Source: a virus | Lineage: Duplodnaviria > Caudoviricetes | Virus record (IMG/VR): IMGVR_UViG_2867134129_000001 | Span: 18,165 to 82,164 of that record | Length of the DNA: 64,000 bases | Reading direction: 5' to 3' (one strand) | Part shown: positions 36,801 to 46,513 of the stretch, one piece after another | How positions within the stretch are numbered: the first letter of the stretch is position 1 | Layout: every line of letters starts with the position of its first letter | The notes under the pieces: generated by a model | Told to the model about the DNA's origin: nothing | Database searches by the model: none | Seen by the model: the letters and a program-made list of their open reading frames with translations, nothing else | Made by a program: the position numbers and the translations under genes

Positions 36801-39753
36801 CCCGCTGCTGCCGCAGTTGGCGCTACTGGGCACCGAGTTCCTGATCCAGCTGCTGCCCGCGATTATGCCGTTGCTGCCGCCGCTGATCCAGTTCTCCATG
36901 CTGATGACCCAGTTGGCCACGGCGATCATCTTGCGGGTTGTCATCCCGGCGCTGAAGCTGTTCATCAAGTCGATGACGGATCTCCGCAAGGACATCCAGC
37001 CCGGCGTCGACGCCGTGAAGTGGCTGACCAACGCCATCGCCAAGGCCTTCCGGTGGCTGTACGACGTCCTCCTCGGACACAGCATCATCCCGGACATCGT
37101 CAACGGGGCGATCCGCTGGTTCACCAGCCTCCGCGACCGGGCTGTCGTGATCTTCAACTGGATCAAGGACAAGGTATCCGGGGCCTGGAGCAGCCTCTGG
37201 ACGAACGTCAAGTCCACCGCGACTGACGCCTGGGGTTCCGTCCGCCGCGGCTTCAGCAACTTCGCCGAGAAGCTGTCCGGCGCGTTCGAGACCCTGAAGA
37301 AGGGCCTCGGGAAGATCTGGGCCGGCCTGAAGGACTTGGTGAAGGCCCCGATCAAGTTCTGGATCGACGTCGTCTACAACAAGGGCATCGTCGCCGTCTG
37401 GAACAAGACCGCCGCTAAAATCCCCGGGGTCCCCGACCTCAAGCCCATGGGCATGCCTAAGGGTTTCGCCCGCGGCGGGATCCTCCCCGGCCAGTCATCG
37501 TGGCGGCAGGGCGACGACCAGCTTGTCCCCATGCGCCGCGGCGAGGGCGTGTACGTCTCCGAGGCTATGCAGGACCCGTATGAGCGGGCTCGGCTCCACG
37601 CTGTGAACCAGGCCGCCATGCGCGGCCAGTCCCTCCGAGCCTTCCGCGGCTTCGCTGAGGGCGGCATCTTCGACGGCATTACCAGCGCCGTCGGCAGCGT
37701 CCTCTCCAAGGGCGCCGACGTCGCCCGGGGCGGACTCGCCGACCTTGCCGAATCGGCGTTCTCCCCGGTCAAGAAGGGCATCACGAAAGCCCTTGGGAAG
37801 AACAAGGGCACCTGGCCCGGCATGATCGGGCAGGCACCCATCGGGCTCATCAACAAGGCCATCGACTACATCCGCGGCAAGGACATCGTCGAGGGCACCG
37901 GCCAGTGGCTCAAGCCCGTGTCCGCTTCCTACGGCACCCCGTTCGGCAAGGCCGGGCTCATGTGGTCCAGCGGCCGGCACACAGGCCTGGACTTCCCCGC
38001 GAAGACCGGCACGCCGATCCGGGCGGTCGACTCCGGCATCGTCCGCCAGGCCATCGACTCGGGGCCCTACGGCAAGCACATCGAGATCAACCACGGCAGC
38101 GGCCTGTCCTCCCTGTACGCGCACATGTCGGCGATGCTCTCGAAGGCGTCGGACACGGTGAAGCGCGGCCAGCAGATCGGCCGCGTCGGAGCCACCGGCA
38201 ACACCACCGGCCCCCACCTCCACCTCGAAGCACGCATCAACGGCAAGACCATCGACCCGATGCGGTACCTCGAAGGGGGCACCGGCGGGGACGCCGGTGC
38301 TGGCGTCGAGCGGTTCCGGGGTGTCGTCACTCAGGCCCTCGGGCAGGTCGGCCAGTCTCTGTCCCTGGTGAACACGACGCTCCGCCGGATGAACCAGGAG
38401 AGTGGCGGTAACCCCAAGGCCGTCAACCGCAACGACATCAACTGGATCAACGGCACCCCGTCCGTCGGGCTGATGCAGGTCATCCGGCCCACGTTCGACG
38501 CCTACGCCGGGAAGTACCGCGAGACCGGGCCCAAGCTCTACGGGGTGTCCGTGGACCCGATGGCAAACATCTACGCCTCCATGCGATACGCCCTCAGCCG
38601 TTACGGCTCGCTGTCGGCGGCGTACAACCGGATCGGAGGCTACGCCCAAGGCGGCATCGTCGGCGGCGGGGTTCAGATCAACACCGGGTTCCGCCGCAGC
38701 ACCGGCTATGCCACCGGCGGCGTCATCCGGGTTGGCGGGAAGAATATCGACACCGGGCCCATAGCAGCCAGCGTCGGGGCGAACTTCCTGAAGGCCCTGG
38801 CCGGGACGGCGTCCGCGATCGACAAGGCCATGACCCAGGTCGCCACCGCCGTGAAGAACGCGTTCAAGGGCGTCAAGACCACTCTCGACGACAAGCTGAT
38901 ACGACAGCTCACCACACAGAACAAGGCACTCCAGACCCTGGCGAAGCAGCGAGGCATGATCGCCGCGAAGATCGCCCAGGCCAAGGCGTTCGCCACTGAG
39001 ACGACCGCCAACGCGAGCGGCTTCGCGTCTCTGACCGGTCTGCCAAACAGTGGGCTGCCTTTCGGTGCGGACGGAATCCTCAACGGGCTCCAGGTTCGCC
39101 TCGGTCAGCTCCAGGCGTTCTCGAAGAACCTGGAGATCCTGGGCAAGCGCGGCCTGTCCAAGGACCTGATCGGGCAGATCATCCAAGCAGGCCCGGACCA
39201 GGGCGCACCCTACGCCGCAGCGTTGGTGAAGGCGACCGACGCCCAGCTCAAGAGCATCAACGCCACCCAGGTCCAGATCGGGAAGGCTGCCACCGCCTAC
39301 GGGCAGTCTGCCGCTGACGTCATGTACGACGCCGGGGCCATGTCCGGCAAGGGGTTCCTGACCGGCCTGGTCGCCCAAGAAAAATCGATCATCAAGGCTC
39401 TTGCTGACCTGGCGAAGAAGATCCAGAAGACCCTGCGGGTCGAGCTGAAAATTTTCAGCCCGTCGAAGGTCGCCGACCAGTTGGGCCGGTTCTTCGGCGG
39501 CGGCTTCGAGGGCGGTATCCGGGCCAGCATCCCCGGGGCAGCCGACGCGGCGGCAGCCATGGCCCGCACCGTCCGCTCGTCTGCGGCGGCCACCATGTCA
39601 CGCACCGAAACCCGCACCGTCAACAACACCAGCGGAGACCGGGTCCTCAACTACAACGCCCGCGTCACCGAGGTCGCCTCGAAGCGAAGCATCCTCGACG
39701 CCCTCGCCGCTGACGAAATGCTCCACGCCCCCGTCATGAGCGGAGCCGGCTGA
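33889..39753 (+). CDS. Tape measure protein with M23 peptidase and lytic transglycosylase domains
   Basis: About 1950 aa; 'HTGLDF...YAHMS...TGPHLHLE' (M23); 'QESGGNP...GLMQVI..TF' (SLT). Confidence 0.95.
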   Translation: MAEPTLVGSTRVSLIPDTTQFGDRLRVELPSAIRQPAKLAGEVAGDQILDGIRRKLAAATPTVRVGVDLLPTVAEAKLTKLTKARTIKLTAEVDEKAATTALARLTRDRTVKVRAELDDTAARTGLGRLTDQRTVKVTAQLDDTAAKTALRKLNADRTVKITAQVDDTAAKTKLAGFGQTTVDIVAKINDAAYKRVEKALDKLTADRFVQLRATLDTRVAANELRGLTQRQRVRIGVDVDTRVAADDINNLTRRRTVRVAARADTTAANTALNHVARDRTVNIRTRLSGLAGITSALGSFGGSGGSASAQAGLLSGRIAKIAAAALLATPQLSAMGSAIGQLGPLAAVAAPGILTLVSAFAAIKLGTSGVGDAIKAAFTPAPAEAKAAVTAARQVESAQRSLANAHRGVADAERNLSQAQRTARQAQQELSAARRQAIRDLEDMNQRLRQGALDQKQAALDIEQAELDLAKIRSDPTATQLQIQQADLAVQRARAAADEQARQHKRQQVETAAANKAGVAGSDAVVQAQERIRAASEQVADQERGLADAHRAVADAARAVADAQTNAATQTTKLNDAISKLSPNARGFVGILQEMAPAWRAMKLDVQDSLFAGLGTRLQEVGSRILPTVRAGFVGAAIELNAMAKSALTAVDTLERTGQLKGTFDVIRDGLGTLVQVPGQIVTGLSQLTIAAGPAWYRITAGAGDAMDRVMGRLATSLENGRLEEAINTALDVAVSFGGVLADLGGIIKNVFGAAADGGGDFFAIIGSALAEIRRVTALPEVQASLKAIFSAVQAVAGLLAGALGDAIQAVLPVLAALAPSVTQVAKLLGPAVSDLFATLGEALLPVAEALGPVLMVAAQAIIALVKAVSPLLPVLGQLIADLLPLVIPIFDTLIIVFNQLAPVIAQIAGILGPVLSPIIKGLSAVIAELAGQYAAAFMRVLQQLLPIIPMLVPPLMQLGKSIGDILLALAPLLPQLALLGTEFLIQLLPAIMPLLPPLIQFSMLMTQLATAIILRVVIPALKLFIKSMTDLRKDIQPGVDAVKWLTNAIAKAFRWLYDVLLGHSIIPDIVNGAIRWFTSLRDRAVVIFNWIKDKVSGAWSSLWTNVKSTATDAWGSVRRGFSNFAEKLSGAFETLKKGLGKIWAGLKDLVKAPIKFWIDVVYNKGIVAVWNKTAAKIPGVPDLKPMGMPKGFARGGILPGQSSWRQGDDQLVPMRRGEGVYVSEAMQDPYERARLHAVNQAAMRGQSLRAFRGFAEGGIFDGITSAVGSVLSKGADVARGGLADLAESAFSPVKKGITKALGKNKGTWPGMIGQAPIGLINKAIDYIRGKDIVEGTGQWLKPVSASYGTPFGKAGLMWSSGRHTGLDFPAKTGTPIRAVDSGIVRQAIDSGPYGKHIEINHGSGLSSLYAHMSAMLSKASDTVKRGQQIGRVGATGNTTGPHLHLEARINGKTIDPMRYLEGGTGGDAGAGVERFRGVVTQALGQVGQSLSLVNTTLRRMNQESGGNPKAVNRNDINWINGTPSVGLMQVIRPTFDAYAGKYRETGPKLYGVSVDPMANIYASMRYALSRYGSLSAAYNRIGGYAQGGIVGGGVQINTGFRRSTGYATGGVIRVGGKNIDTGPIAASVGANFLKALAGTASAIDKAMTQVATAVKNAFKGVKTTLDDKLIRQLTTQNKALQTLAKQRGMIAAKIAQAKAFATETTANASGFASLTGLPNSGLPFGADGILNGLQVRLGQLQAFSKNLEILGKRGLSKDLIGQIIQAGPDQGAPYAAALVKATDAQLKSINATQVQIGKAATAYGQSAADVMYDAGAMSGKGFLTGLVAQEKSIIKALADLAKKIQKTLRVELKIFSPSKVADQLGRFFGGGFEGGIRASIPGAADAAAAMARTVRSSAAATMSRTETRTVNNTSGDRVLNYNARVTEVASKRSILDALAADEMLHAPVMSGAG

Positions 39754-40688
39754 TGCCGATCCTCGTAGCCTCAGCCCCAGTAGAGCCGCAGCCGCCGTGG
39801 GAGTGGCCGCAACGCCTTGTCGAAATGCCCCTGGTGTCCTTCACGGACCCGGGTGGTGTGACGACGCTCCTCACCGACTGGGAGCGCGGCTGGGTAGTCC
39901 AGCATGGCGCCAAGGGCCTGGACATGCCTGGGTACGCCATGGCGACCGACGAGTCCCCCGGGATCGACGGGTACGAGGTGCGGCAGGTCCGCGCCGAAGG
40001 CAAGACGATCACCCTGCCGATCGCGTTCTGGGCCAACGACTCCCGGGCCGCATACAAAGCCCGCCGTCGGGCGTTCATCCGCTCCCTCAACCCCAAGAGA
40101 GGCCAGGGGACCCTCACCCTTACCGAGCCCGACGGGGCGCAGCGCAGCATCGGTGTCCTCTACCAGGACGGGATGGAAGGGGACGAGTCCCGCGATGCCG
40201 CCGGCGCCCGCTGGTGCATCAGCGCCCTGGTGTTCGCCGTCCCGTCCCCGTACTGGTCCGGGGGAGAGGTAACCACCACCTGGAGGACGGACCCGGGCGG
40301 GGATTTCTTCCCGTTCCTGCCGCTCGTTGTCGGCGACTCCCAGGTGCTCGGTGCGGTCACCGTCGACAACGACGGAGACGATGACGCCTTCCCCGTGTGG
40401 ACCATCACCGGGCCGGCCACCACCGTCACCCTCACCAATGTGACGACCGGGCAGACCTTGGTCCTGGCCCGCACGATCACCGGCGTCGACACGATCGTCA
40501 TCGACACCCGGGAACGGCAGCAGACCGCCCTGCTCAACGGGATCACCAACCTGTGGCCGGACCTCTCCGACGACTCCGCCCTGTGGCCACTGGAGACCGG
40601 CATCAACGAACTCACCCTCACCGTCGCCGGATCCACCACGGACACCTCAGTGCGGATGACGTACCAGCCCCGCTACCTGGCCGCCTGA
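39753..40688 (+). CDS. Distal tail protein (Dit)
   Basis: After the tape measure; 'NDGDDDAFPVWTITGP', 'LWPLETGIN'. Confidence 0.85.
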   Translation: MPILVASAPVEPQPPWEWPQRLVEMPLVSFTDPGGVTTLLTDWERGWVVQHGAKGLDMPGYAMATDESPGIDGYEVRQVRAEGKTITLPIAFWANDSRAAYKARRRAFIRSLNPKRGQGTLTLTEPDGAQRSIGVLYQDGMEGDESRDAAGARWCISALVFAVPSPYWSGGEVTTTWRTDPGGDFFPFLPLVVGDSQVLGAVTVDNDGDDDAFPVWTITGPATTVTLTNVTTGQTLVLARTITGVDTIVIDTRERQQTALLNGITNLWPDLSDDSALWPLETGINELTLTVAGSTTDTSVRMTYQPRYLAA

Positions 40689-40700
40689 GAGGAGGACCCC

Positions 40701-41870
40701 ATGAGCACCGCACTTCGCGTCTACGTCCGCAACCCCGCCCTGGAACGCATCGGGCAGATCGACGACTACACCAGCCTCACCGTCATCCCCCGCTACAACG
40801 CAATCGGGTCCTTCGTCCTGGAGATCTCCGCAGACTCAGGGAAGGCGAACTTGCTGGCCGAGGGCAACGGACTGATTATCCGTACCGCTGACGGCACACT
40901 CGTCGACTCTGGGCCGATCCGTACCGTCGACTGGTCCCGATCCAAGGACGACTCCGGCGCCGGCAAGCTCACTGTCGGCGGGGTGTCCGACACCGAGCTA
41001 CTGGCCCGCTACACCTGCTGGCCCGCCCCGGGCAGCGCCATCGGGTCACAGGCGGACACGGTGTACAAGATCAGCGGCGCAGTCACCGAAACCGCCATGC
41101 GCACCCTCGTCAACGTCAATGCCGGTCCTGGGGCGCTGGCGTCCCGGAGGAACCCGCTGCTCACCCTCGCAGCGAACGGCCTGCACGGTCCGACCGTCAC
41201 CAGGCAGCTCAACCAGTTCGAGGGTCTCCTCGCCGTCCTCACCGAGCTGGCCAACACGGCCGGGCTCGGTTTCCGCGTCGTCCAGGTGGGCTCAGGGCTG
41301 CAGTTTCAGGTGTACGAGCCCACCGACCGCAGCGGCACCGCCCGGTTCGCTTTCCGGCGGGGGAACCTCACCGACGCCAGCTACACCACCACGCCACCCA
41401 CCTGCACCCGGGCCCTCGTCGTCGCCGGCGGGCAGTCCACGCCGCGGGCCTGTAAAACCGTCGACCGGGCCGACCCCCTGTTCCCCGGGCTGGTCATCGA
41501 GCAGTTCGTCGACCTCACCTCCGTCGACACCGCGTCCGTCGACCTGGTGGCACAGATGGACCAGGCCGCCGAGGAAGCCCTCACGTCGGGGGCCGGGCAA
41601 GGCTCGCTGTCGATCAGTCCGATCGATATTCCGCAGCTCCGCTACGGGCGGGACTACCAGGTCGGCGACACCGTGTCCGCGATGGTCCGCGAATCGTGGA
41701 TGACCGACGTCGTCCGCGAGGTCACCCTCACCTGCACCGCCGGTGACGGCACCACCGTGAAAGCTGCCGTCGGGTCGAGCGACGGCGACGGCACCGTGGC
41801 CCGCATCTACAAGTACCTCGCCCAGGTCAAGAAGGACGTTGGGCGCCTGAAGACAAGGAAGGCCGCCTGA
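40701..41870 (+). CDS. Minor tail / baseplate hub protein (ReqiPepy6 gp37-like)
   Basis: 'YGRDYQVGDTVS'; synteny. Confidence 0.85.
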   Translation: MSTALRVYVRNPALERIGQIDDYTSLTVIPRYNAIGSFVLEISADSGKANLLAEGNGLIIRTADGTLVDSGPIRTVDWSRSKDDSGAGKLTVGGVSDTELLARYTCWPAPGSAIGSQADTVYKISGAVTETAMRTLVNVNAGPGALASRRNPLLTLAANGLHGPTVTRQLNQFEGLLAVLTELANTAGLGFRVVQVGSGLQFQVYEPTDRSGTARFAFRRGNLTDASYTTTPPTCTRALVVAGGQSTPRACKTVDRADPLFPGLVIEQFVDLTSVDTASVDLVAQMDQAAEEALTSGAGQGSLSISPIDIPQLRYGRDYQVGDTVSAMVRESWMTDVVREVTLTCTAGDGTTVKAAVGSSDGDGTVARIYKYLAQVKKDVGRLKTRKAA

Positions 41871-42883
41871 TGGCCGAGTTCAGCGCACCGTTCGACGGCT
41901 CTCCGATCGCCACGCAGTCCCAGTGGTCCCGCATGGCCCGCCGGTGGGGGCTCGACGGTGTTCACGCCTCCGACCCCGCTGACGCGGCACTGAAGGTCAC
42001 CGGAAACGGCAGCGGCAACGTCACCCTGTCCGCCGGCGAGGCGTTCGTGAACGGGTTCTACTACAAGAACGACGCTACGAAGACCATCGCCATCACCGCG
42101 AACGGCGGAGCCGCAGCCCGAATCGACATGGTCGTTCTCCGGGCAAGCATGAGCGCGAAAACCGTCACCGCCGTGTACAAGACCGGCGGCACCAGCGCCC
42201 CGACCCTCTCCGCCGACGAGAGCGGCGAATATGAGATGCCGCTCGCTCAGTGCACGATCGCCGCCGGATCCTCCGTCGTTACTGCAGTGAATGTTGCGGA
42301 CCGCCGGTGGTTTACCGACCGTGGCGCAATGCCTAGCCTCCCCGGTACGCGCAGGCCCAGCATCACAGGCCAGCTCCTAGTAGAGGGGTCCACCCTGTAT
42401 GTGGGCGACGGAATCGGGTGGCAGTGGTTGGCGTCACCAGGGATTGAGGATGGGACCTACACCCCTCAGTGGTCGTCTGGTTCCGCGAACTTCCACTGGG
42501 GAACTGCGGCCACCAATATCGGCCGGTACATCGTCCGTGGTAAGCGCGTCGATCTGCTCATTCATGTTGTGGCGACAGCGAACCCCCCGGCCTACAGCGA
42601 CCCAATCATGGTGTCACTGCCCCCGGGATTTCCTGCTGCAGTTGCGCACCGGTCGATTCTCAACTGGACGTACACCAGCGCCAACGAGGAGGGCGGCGGG
42701 ATCGGGAGCGCCGTCATCTACCCCACATCGTCCACAACGAAAATTGCCCGTCTGCGGTACGCAATGAGTAACAGCGTGTCCAGCACAGGCGTCCCCAACG
42801 CGTTCTCCGTATACACGAACAAGCCGTGGAACATCCGTGCCGGAGACATTCTGACCATCGACGGCTCCTACTGGCTGGCCTGA
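41870..42883 (+). CDS. Minor tail protein
   Basis: 'GEAFVNGFYY', 'RIDMVVLR', 'YEMPLA'. Confidence 0.8.
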   Translation: MAEFSAPFDGSPIATQSQWSRMARRWGLDGVHASDPADAALKVTGNGSGNVTLSAGEAFVNGFYYKNDATKTIAITANGGAAARIDMVVLRASMSAKTVTAVYKTGGTSAPTLSADESGEYEMPLAQCTIAAGSSVVTAVNVADRRWFTDRGAMPSLPGTRRPSITGQLLVEGSTLYVGDGIGWQWLASPGIEDGTYTPQWSSGSANFHWGTAATNIGRYIVRGKRVDLLIHVVATANPPAYSDPIMVSLPPGFPAAVAHRSILNWTYTSANEEGGGIGSAVIYPTSSTTKIARLRYAMSNSVSSTGVPNAFSVYTNKPWNIRAGDILTIDGSYWLA

Positions 42884-42904
42884 CCCCGAGTAAAGGAATT
42901 CATC

Positions 42905-44680
42905 ATGCGGCACCTCTTCGGGGGCACCACCTCTGATTACGCCATGCAGCAGGTCGGAAACCAACTGCTGCTACGCCCTGCGGTCAACGGCACCGTGTGG
43001 GACGCGGTCGTTGGCGGCGTTCAACTCACCGATCTGACCGACACCAGCGGCGTGCCGATTACGAGCGTCGTCTCAGCCTCCGACGGGTCCGTCACGTTCT
43101 ACGGCCCGGAGGAAGTCACCGCCTGTTACGTCGATTTCGGATTCGGACGCCGATACACGATGATCGCCTCCGACATCGCAAGCACCGTCTCGGCGAAACT
43201 CAGCGGACTCGTCGCCGCCGCCGGCGACGACGCGACAGCCAAGGCGAACGCGGCGCAGGATGCCGCCATTGCGAGCGCCGCAGTCTCCGCCGCAGCCTTG
43301 TATCTACCCAACGCCATCACGACAGTGGATTCCCTCATCGGCGCAGCAACCCCGGTCGCTCCGAGATTTTTTGCTCACCGCGGGGGAGGAATGGTCCGCC
43401 CTGAACACACCCTCATCGGATACCGAAACTCGGCCGCCATGGGCTTCCCCCTGGAGGTGTCCGTCAACGTCGACGCCAGCGGCGAGCTGTGGTGCATACA
43501 CGACGTCACTCTGGACCGCACCACGAACCGCACCGGCGCCCTCAATACGTACACGACGGAGGAGGTCGGGCAGCAGGTTCTGACGAACAGTCGGCCGATG
43601 CTCGGAGCGGGATGGGCTGAGCAGCGACTGGTACCGCTCCGGCAAGTTCTGGACGAATTCCTGGGTAAGGTGCCGATTCTGCTGGAGCCCAAGGGCAACG
43701 ATTCTGTAGTGCCGACTCAGCAGATGCTGGACGCCTCATATCCGCACGCGCCGAGGTCGGTGATCTGGAAAGCTCACATCGGAACGGCCAGCCTGCCGTG
43801 GGCGAAGAGCCGCGGGTATCGCACCTGGGTCTACCTGGATGCCGGGACCTCTGATGCGGCGATTGACGCCAAGGACCAGTACATCGACTACTACGGGGTC
43901 CAGACCACGTTCACGGACCTGCGCGTGCAGCAGATCGTCGCCCGCGGGAAGCCCGTCTTCTGCTGGCCCGTCTACCGGCGTTCCCAGGTTGCTCGTGTGA
44001 CCGGGCTCGGCGTGGTCGGCATCATGGCCTCTGACCCGCGGTACGTGTCGACGTCGGCCCCGCAGCGCACTGCGTCCCGGTGGGATCTGCAGATCAAGGA
44101 GTCGGGGGGGACGCCGACGATCGACTACGACAACACGTATGCCCTGGCGTTCGCCCCGGCCCCGGACGTTGGCTGGGTGAGCATCGCCGCAGTTCCGAAC
44201 CAGTCGTTCGGGCTGGGGACGTACTGCCCGATCAGTCCTGGTGCGGGCGGGTACCGGATCTCGTTCGACATGAAGTTCAAGGTGCTGCCCGCGAGCACGC
44301 TGCACGGCGGCATCTACTTCGGGAAGCAAAGCGACGACGCCTACCGGTTCGGGACGGCGAACGCCACGGGCGGGTACCACCTGGTGCTGCGGGCGAATGG
44401 GCAGATGCAGCTGAACAAGCACGCGGCCGGCTCGACGACGGGTACGCAGATCGGGTCGACGATCGCAACGTCTGTGCCGGTCGCGGACGCGGCGATGAGT
44501 TTCCAGGTGGATGTGACGCCGACGACGGTGGAAGTTCGGCGGACGGATGGGTCGGGGTGGACGACGGGTCCGGTGGCCGATACGGCTTTCCGGGGCGGCT
44601 ACTTTGGGCTGTCCAACGGGTCGGTCACTGATGTGGCGACCCGCCCGTACTGGCGGAATCTGGTGGTGACCCAGCTGTGA
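42905..44680 (+). CDS. Tail protein with a glycerophosphodiester phosphodiesterase (GDPD) domain and a C-terminal beta-sandwich
   Basis: Virion-anchor N-terminus 'MRHLFGG..DY'; 'AHRGG...PEHT', 'HDVTLDRTT', 'LLEPK', 'GIMASDP'. Confidence 0.85.
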   Translation: MRHLFGGTTSDYAMQQVGNQLLLRPAVNGTVWDAVVGGVQLTDLTDTSGVPITSVVSASDGSVTFYGPEEVTACYVDFGFGRRYTMIASDIASTVSAKLSGLVAAAGDDATAKANAAQDAAIASAAVSAAALYLPNAITTVDSLIGAATPVAPRFFAHRGGGMVRPEHTLIGYRNSAAMGFPLEVSVNVDASGELWCIHDVTLDRTTNRTGALNTYTTEEVGQQVLTNSRPMLGAGWAEQRLVPLRQVLDEFLGKVPILLEPKGNDSVVPTQQMLDASYPHAPRSVIWKAHIGTASLPWAKSRGYRTWVYLDAGTSDAAIDAKDQYIDYYGVQTTFTDLRVQQIVARGKPVFCWPVYRRSQVARVTGLGVVGIMASDPRYVSTSAPQRTASRWDLQIKESGGTPTIDYDNTYALAFAPAPDVGWVSIAAVPNQSFGLGTYCPISPGAGGYRISFDMKFKVLPASTLHGGIYFGKQSDDAYRFGTANATGGYHLVLRANGQMQLNKHAAGSTTGTQIGSTIATSVPVADAAMSFQVDVTPTTVEVRRTDGSGWTTGPVADTAFRGGYFGLSNGSVTDVATRPYWRNLVVTQL

Positions 44681-44939
44681 TCCCAGGTGCTGTCGTGGGG
44701 ATGGTTCCGGCGTTCGCTGGGCTGCGGGCGGACGTGACGGCCGCCCGGGGTTCGGAGACGGCTGGGGTGCCGGGCGGGGGAGTGGTGGTGGGCTGGGTGC
44801 TGGTCACGGACGAGCAGGCGATAGGCGGAGCCCGGGTCGATCCTCTCGCGGCGGGTCGGGCGTGGACACCGGACCAGTTCCGGCAGGAGCACGGGCAGCG
44901 CCTCGGCGTGCTGGTGGGCGAGGAGGATCCCGAGGCCGG

Positions 44940-45260
44940 TCACAGGTGGTCCCGCCAGTTCAGGCCGGGCGGGAGTGTCGCAGGGTCTCCGTCCGATCGG
45001 GGCACGTCCGGAGTCTCGTACTGCACGACGGTGAGCGTCATGCCGTCGCCGGTGCGGTCCACGCCGGTGACCTTGCCTGCTGCGAGGACTCTGCCGGTGT
45101 TCGGGTCCGTGAAGGCGACGAGTCGGCCGACGAGTGGGTCAGGGTCGGGTTCGGCACGCCAGGTGCAGTCGCACACCTCGCCGTTGATCAGGAGCCGCTG
45201 GCAGTCCGGCTTGGGGCAGCTGATGGCCGACTGGATGGGGTCGCCCAGGCGGAAGCTCAC
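44940..45260 (-). CDS. Hypothetical protein
   Basis: GAGGAGG RBS; part of a chain of coupled ORFs. Confidence 0.55.
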   Translation of the reverse strand: MSFRLGDPIQSAISCPKPDCQRLLINGEVCDCTWRAEPDPDPLVGRLVAFTDPNTGRVLAAGKVTGVDRTGDGMTLTVVQYETPDVPRSDGDPATLPPGLNWRDHL

Positions 45261-45454
45261 GGGGCCTCCTCGTGGTGATGGAGCCTGGCGATGACGAGGT
45301 TTGATCCCCAGGCTGTGAGCTCGTCGTACTCGCCGGTGCAGCCCTTCAAGAGGCACACCTTGTCGGGGCGGAGGCGAGGCTTGTGCGGTGCTTCGGCGAG
45401 ACCAAGTTCGCGCTCCAGGTGGGCGATGCGCTCATAGTCGGGCTTCACGGTCAC
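45257..45454 (-). CDS. Hypothetical protein
   Basis: GTGA overlaps, GGAG RBS. Confidence 0.55.
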   Translation of the reverse strand: MTVKPDYERIAHLERELGLAEAPHKPRLRPDKVCLLKGCTGEYDELTAWGSNLVIARLHHHEEAP

Positions 45455-45771
45455 GGGGTCTCCTCCGTCGCTGCTGTCGGTGGTTCGCCACGGTACTCGG
45501 CGAGGGCTTCGCGGACTCGGTCTTCGCTCCAGTCGCTGGAGTCCCACCACTCGACGGCTTTCCACACGGCGGTGAGGCGCTGCATGCGCGTGGCGGCCCG
45601 GACCTCCCACTGGCGCAGCAGGAGGAGGAGCTCCTCCGTCTCACGGGCTGCATCCTGGGCGTAGCCAAGCCCCGCAAGGCGAGCCGCCATCTGTTCGAGG
45701 TCGTACCTGTGCGAGTTGATGTCCTCAAGATCAGACGAGTGGCACAGGTAGTTGTAGCTGCCGCCGCTCAT
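45451..45771 (-). CDS. Hypothetical phage protein (MSGGSYNY...)
   Basis: GGAGG RBS; 'VWKAVEWWDSSDW'. Confidence 0.7.
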   Translation of the reverse strand: MSGGSYNYLCHSSDLEDINSHRYDLEQMAARLAGLGYAQDAARETEELLLLLRQWEVRAATRMQRLTAVWKAVEWWDSSDWSEDRVREALAEYRGEPPTAATEETP

Positions 45772-46016
45772 GTTCCCTCCGGGTCGATGAGGTCGGCGGC
45801 GGTAGCCACGCCTCGGCAGAAGTCGCACCCTGCGGAGCAGTGCGCTTTGACGGGTGCGTTGCCGACGCCGAAGTGGGCTCGCTGCTTGTTGGCGAGGTAC
45901 CGGGCGTGCTGTTCGAGGACAGTTTTGGCCGCGTGCTCGGCCTGTTCCGGCGCATGACGGACGGAGAAGAGCCCCACGAGAATCGGGTGGGGGTCGGGCG
46001 CGGAGGTGCCGCTCAC
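45768..46016 (-). CDS. Hypothetical protein
   Basis: Coupled ORF; 'CDFCRGVATAADLIDP'. Confidence 0.55.
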   Translation of the reverse strand: MSGTSAPDPHPILVGLFSVRHAPEQAEHAAKTVLEQHARYLANKQRAHFGVGNAPVKAHCSAGCDFCRGVATAADLIDPEGT

Positions 46017-46405
46017 GGTCGTTCCCTCGCTTCGTCTTCGATGCCGAGTGAGCCTCGGAGCCGGTGGAGGCGTTCCTGGGGCCAGCAAGTGAACCGGCCT
46101 TGCCGCACCGCGTCGGCAACCTTCGGGTCCGCCGACGTGTACGCCCGCGACAGCATCCGCAGCCACTGAACCTCCACCCACCGCACATCCGAGTGGTAGC
46201 AGCGCGGCCCGGATCCGCGAGAGGTAGCTGGCGGGCAGCCGATCTCGACTGGTCCGCCGGAGACTTCCTCGATGACGAGGTCGCATCCGGGGTGGAGGGT
46301 GCTTCCGGTCTTGATGGTGTCGGCGGCGTCTCCGCCTGCCCTGTGCTCGGTGCTCAGGATTGCCGGGTCGTGGGACACGCAGAGGACGTAGAAGTTGCTG
46401 CTCAT
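46013..46405 (-). CDS. Hypothetical protein (MSSNFYVLCVSHDP...)
   Basis: AAGGA RBS. Confidence 0.65.
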   Translation of the reverse strand: MSSNFYVLCVSHDPAILSTEHRAGGDAADTIKTGSTLHPGCDLVIEEVSGGPVEIGCPPATSRGSGPRCYHSDVRWVEVQWLRMLSRAYTSADPKVADAVRQGRFTCWPQERLHRLRGSLGIEDEARERP

Positions 46406-46513
46406 GGGTTCCTTCCTGTGCTGAGCCATGCCGCTTTCTGAAGGGTCAGCCGCCCGTCGGCCAGCCGCTCCCACCAGTACTGCTTGCCGAACAGCCACAC
46501 GGTGCGCAGGTTG

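Noticed and set aside
44599-44943. Minus-strand ORF overlapping the GDPD gene end
   Set aside because: It has a coupled GTGA start but an atypical composition and an 80-bp convergent overlap; not enough support
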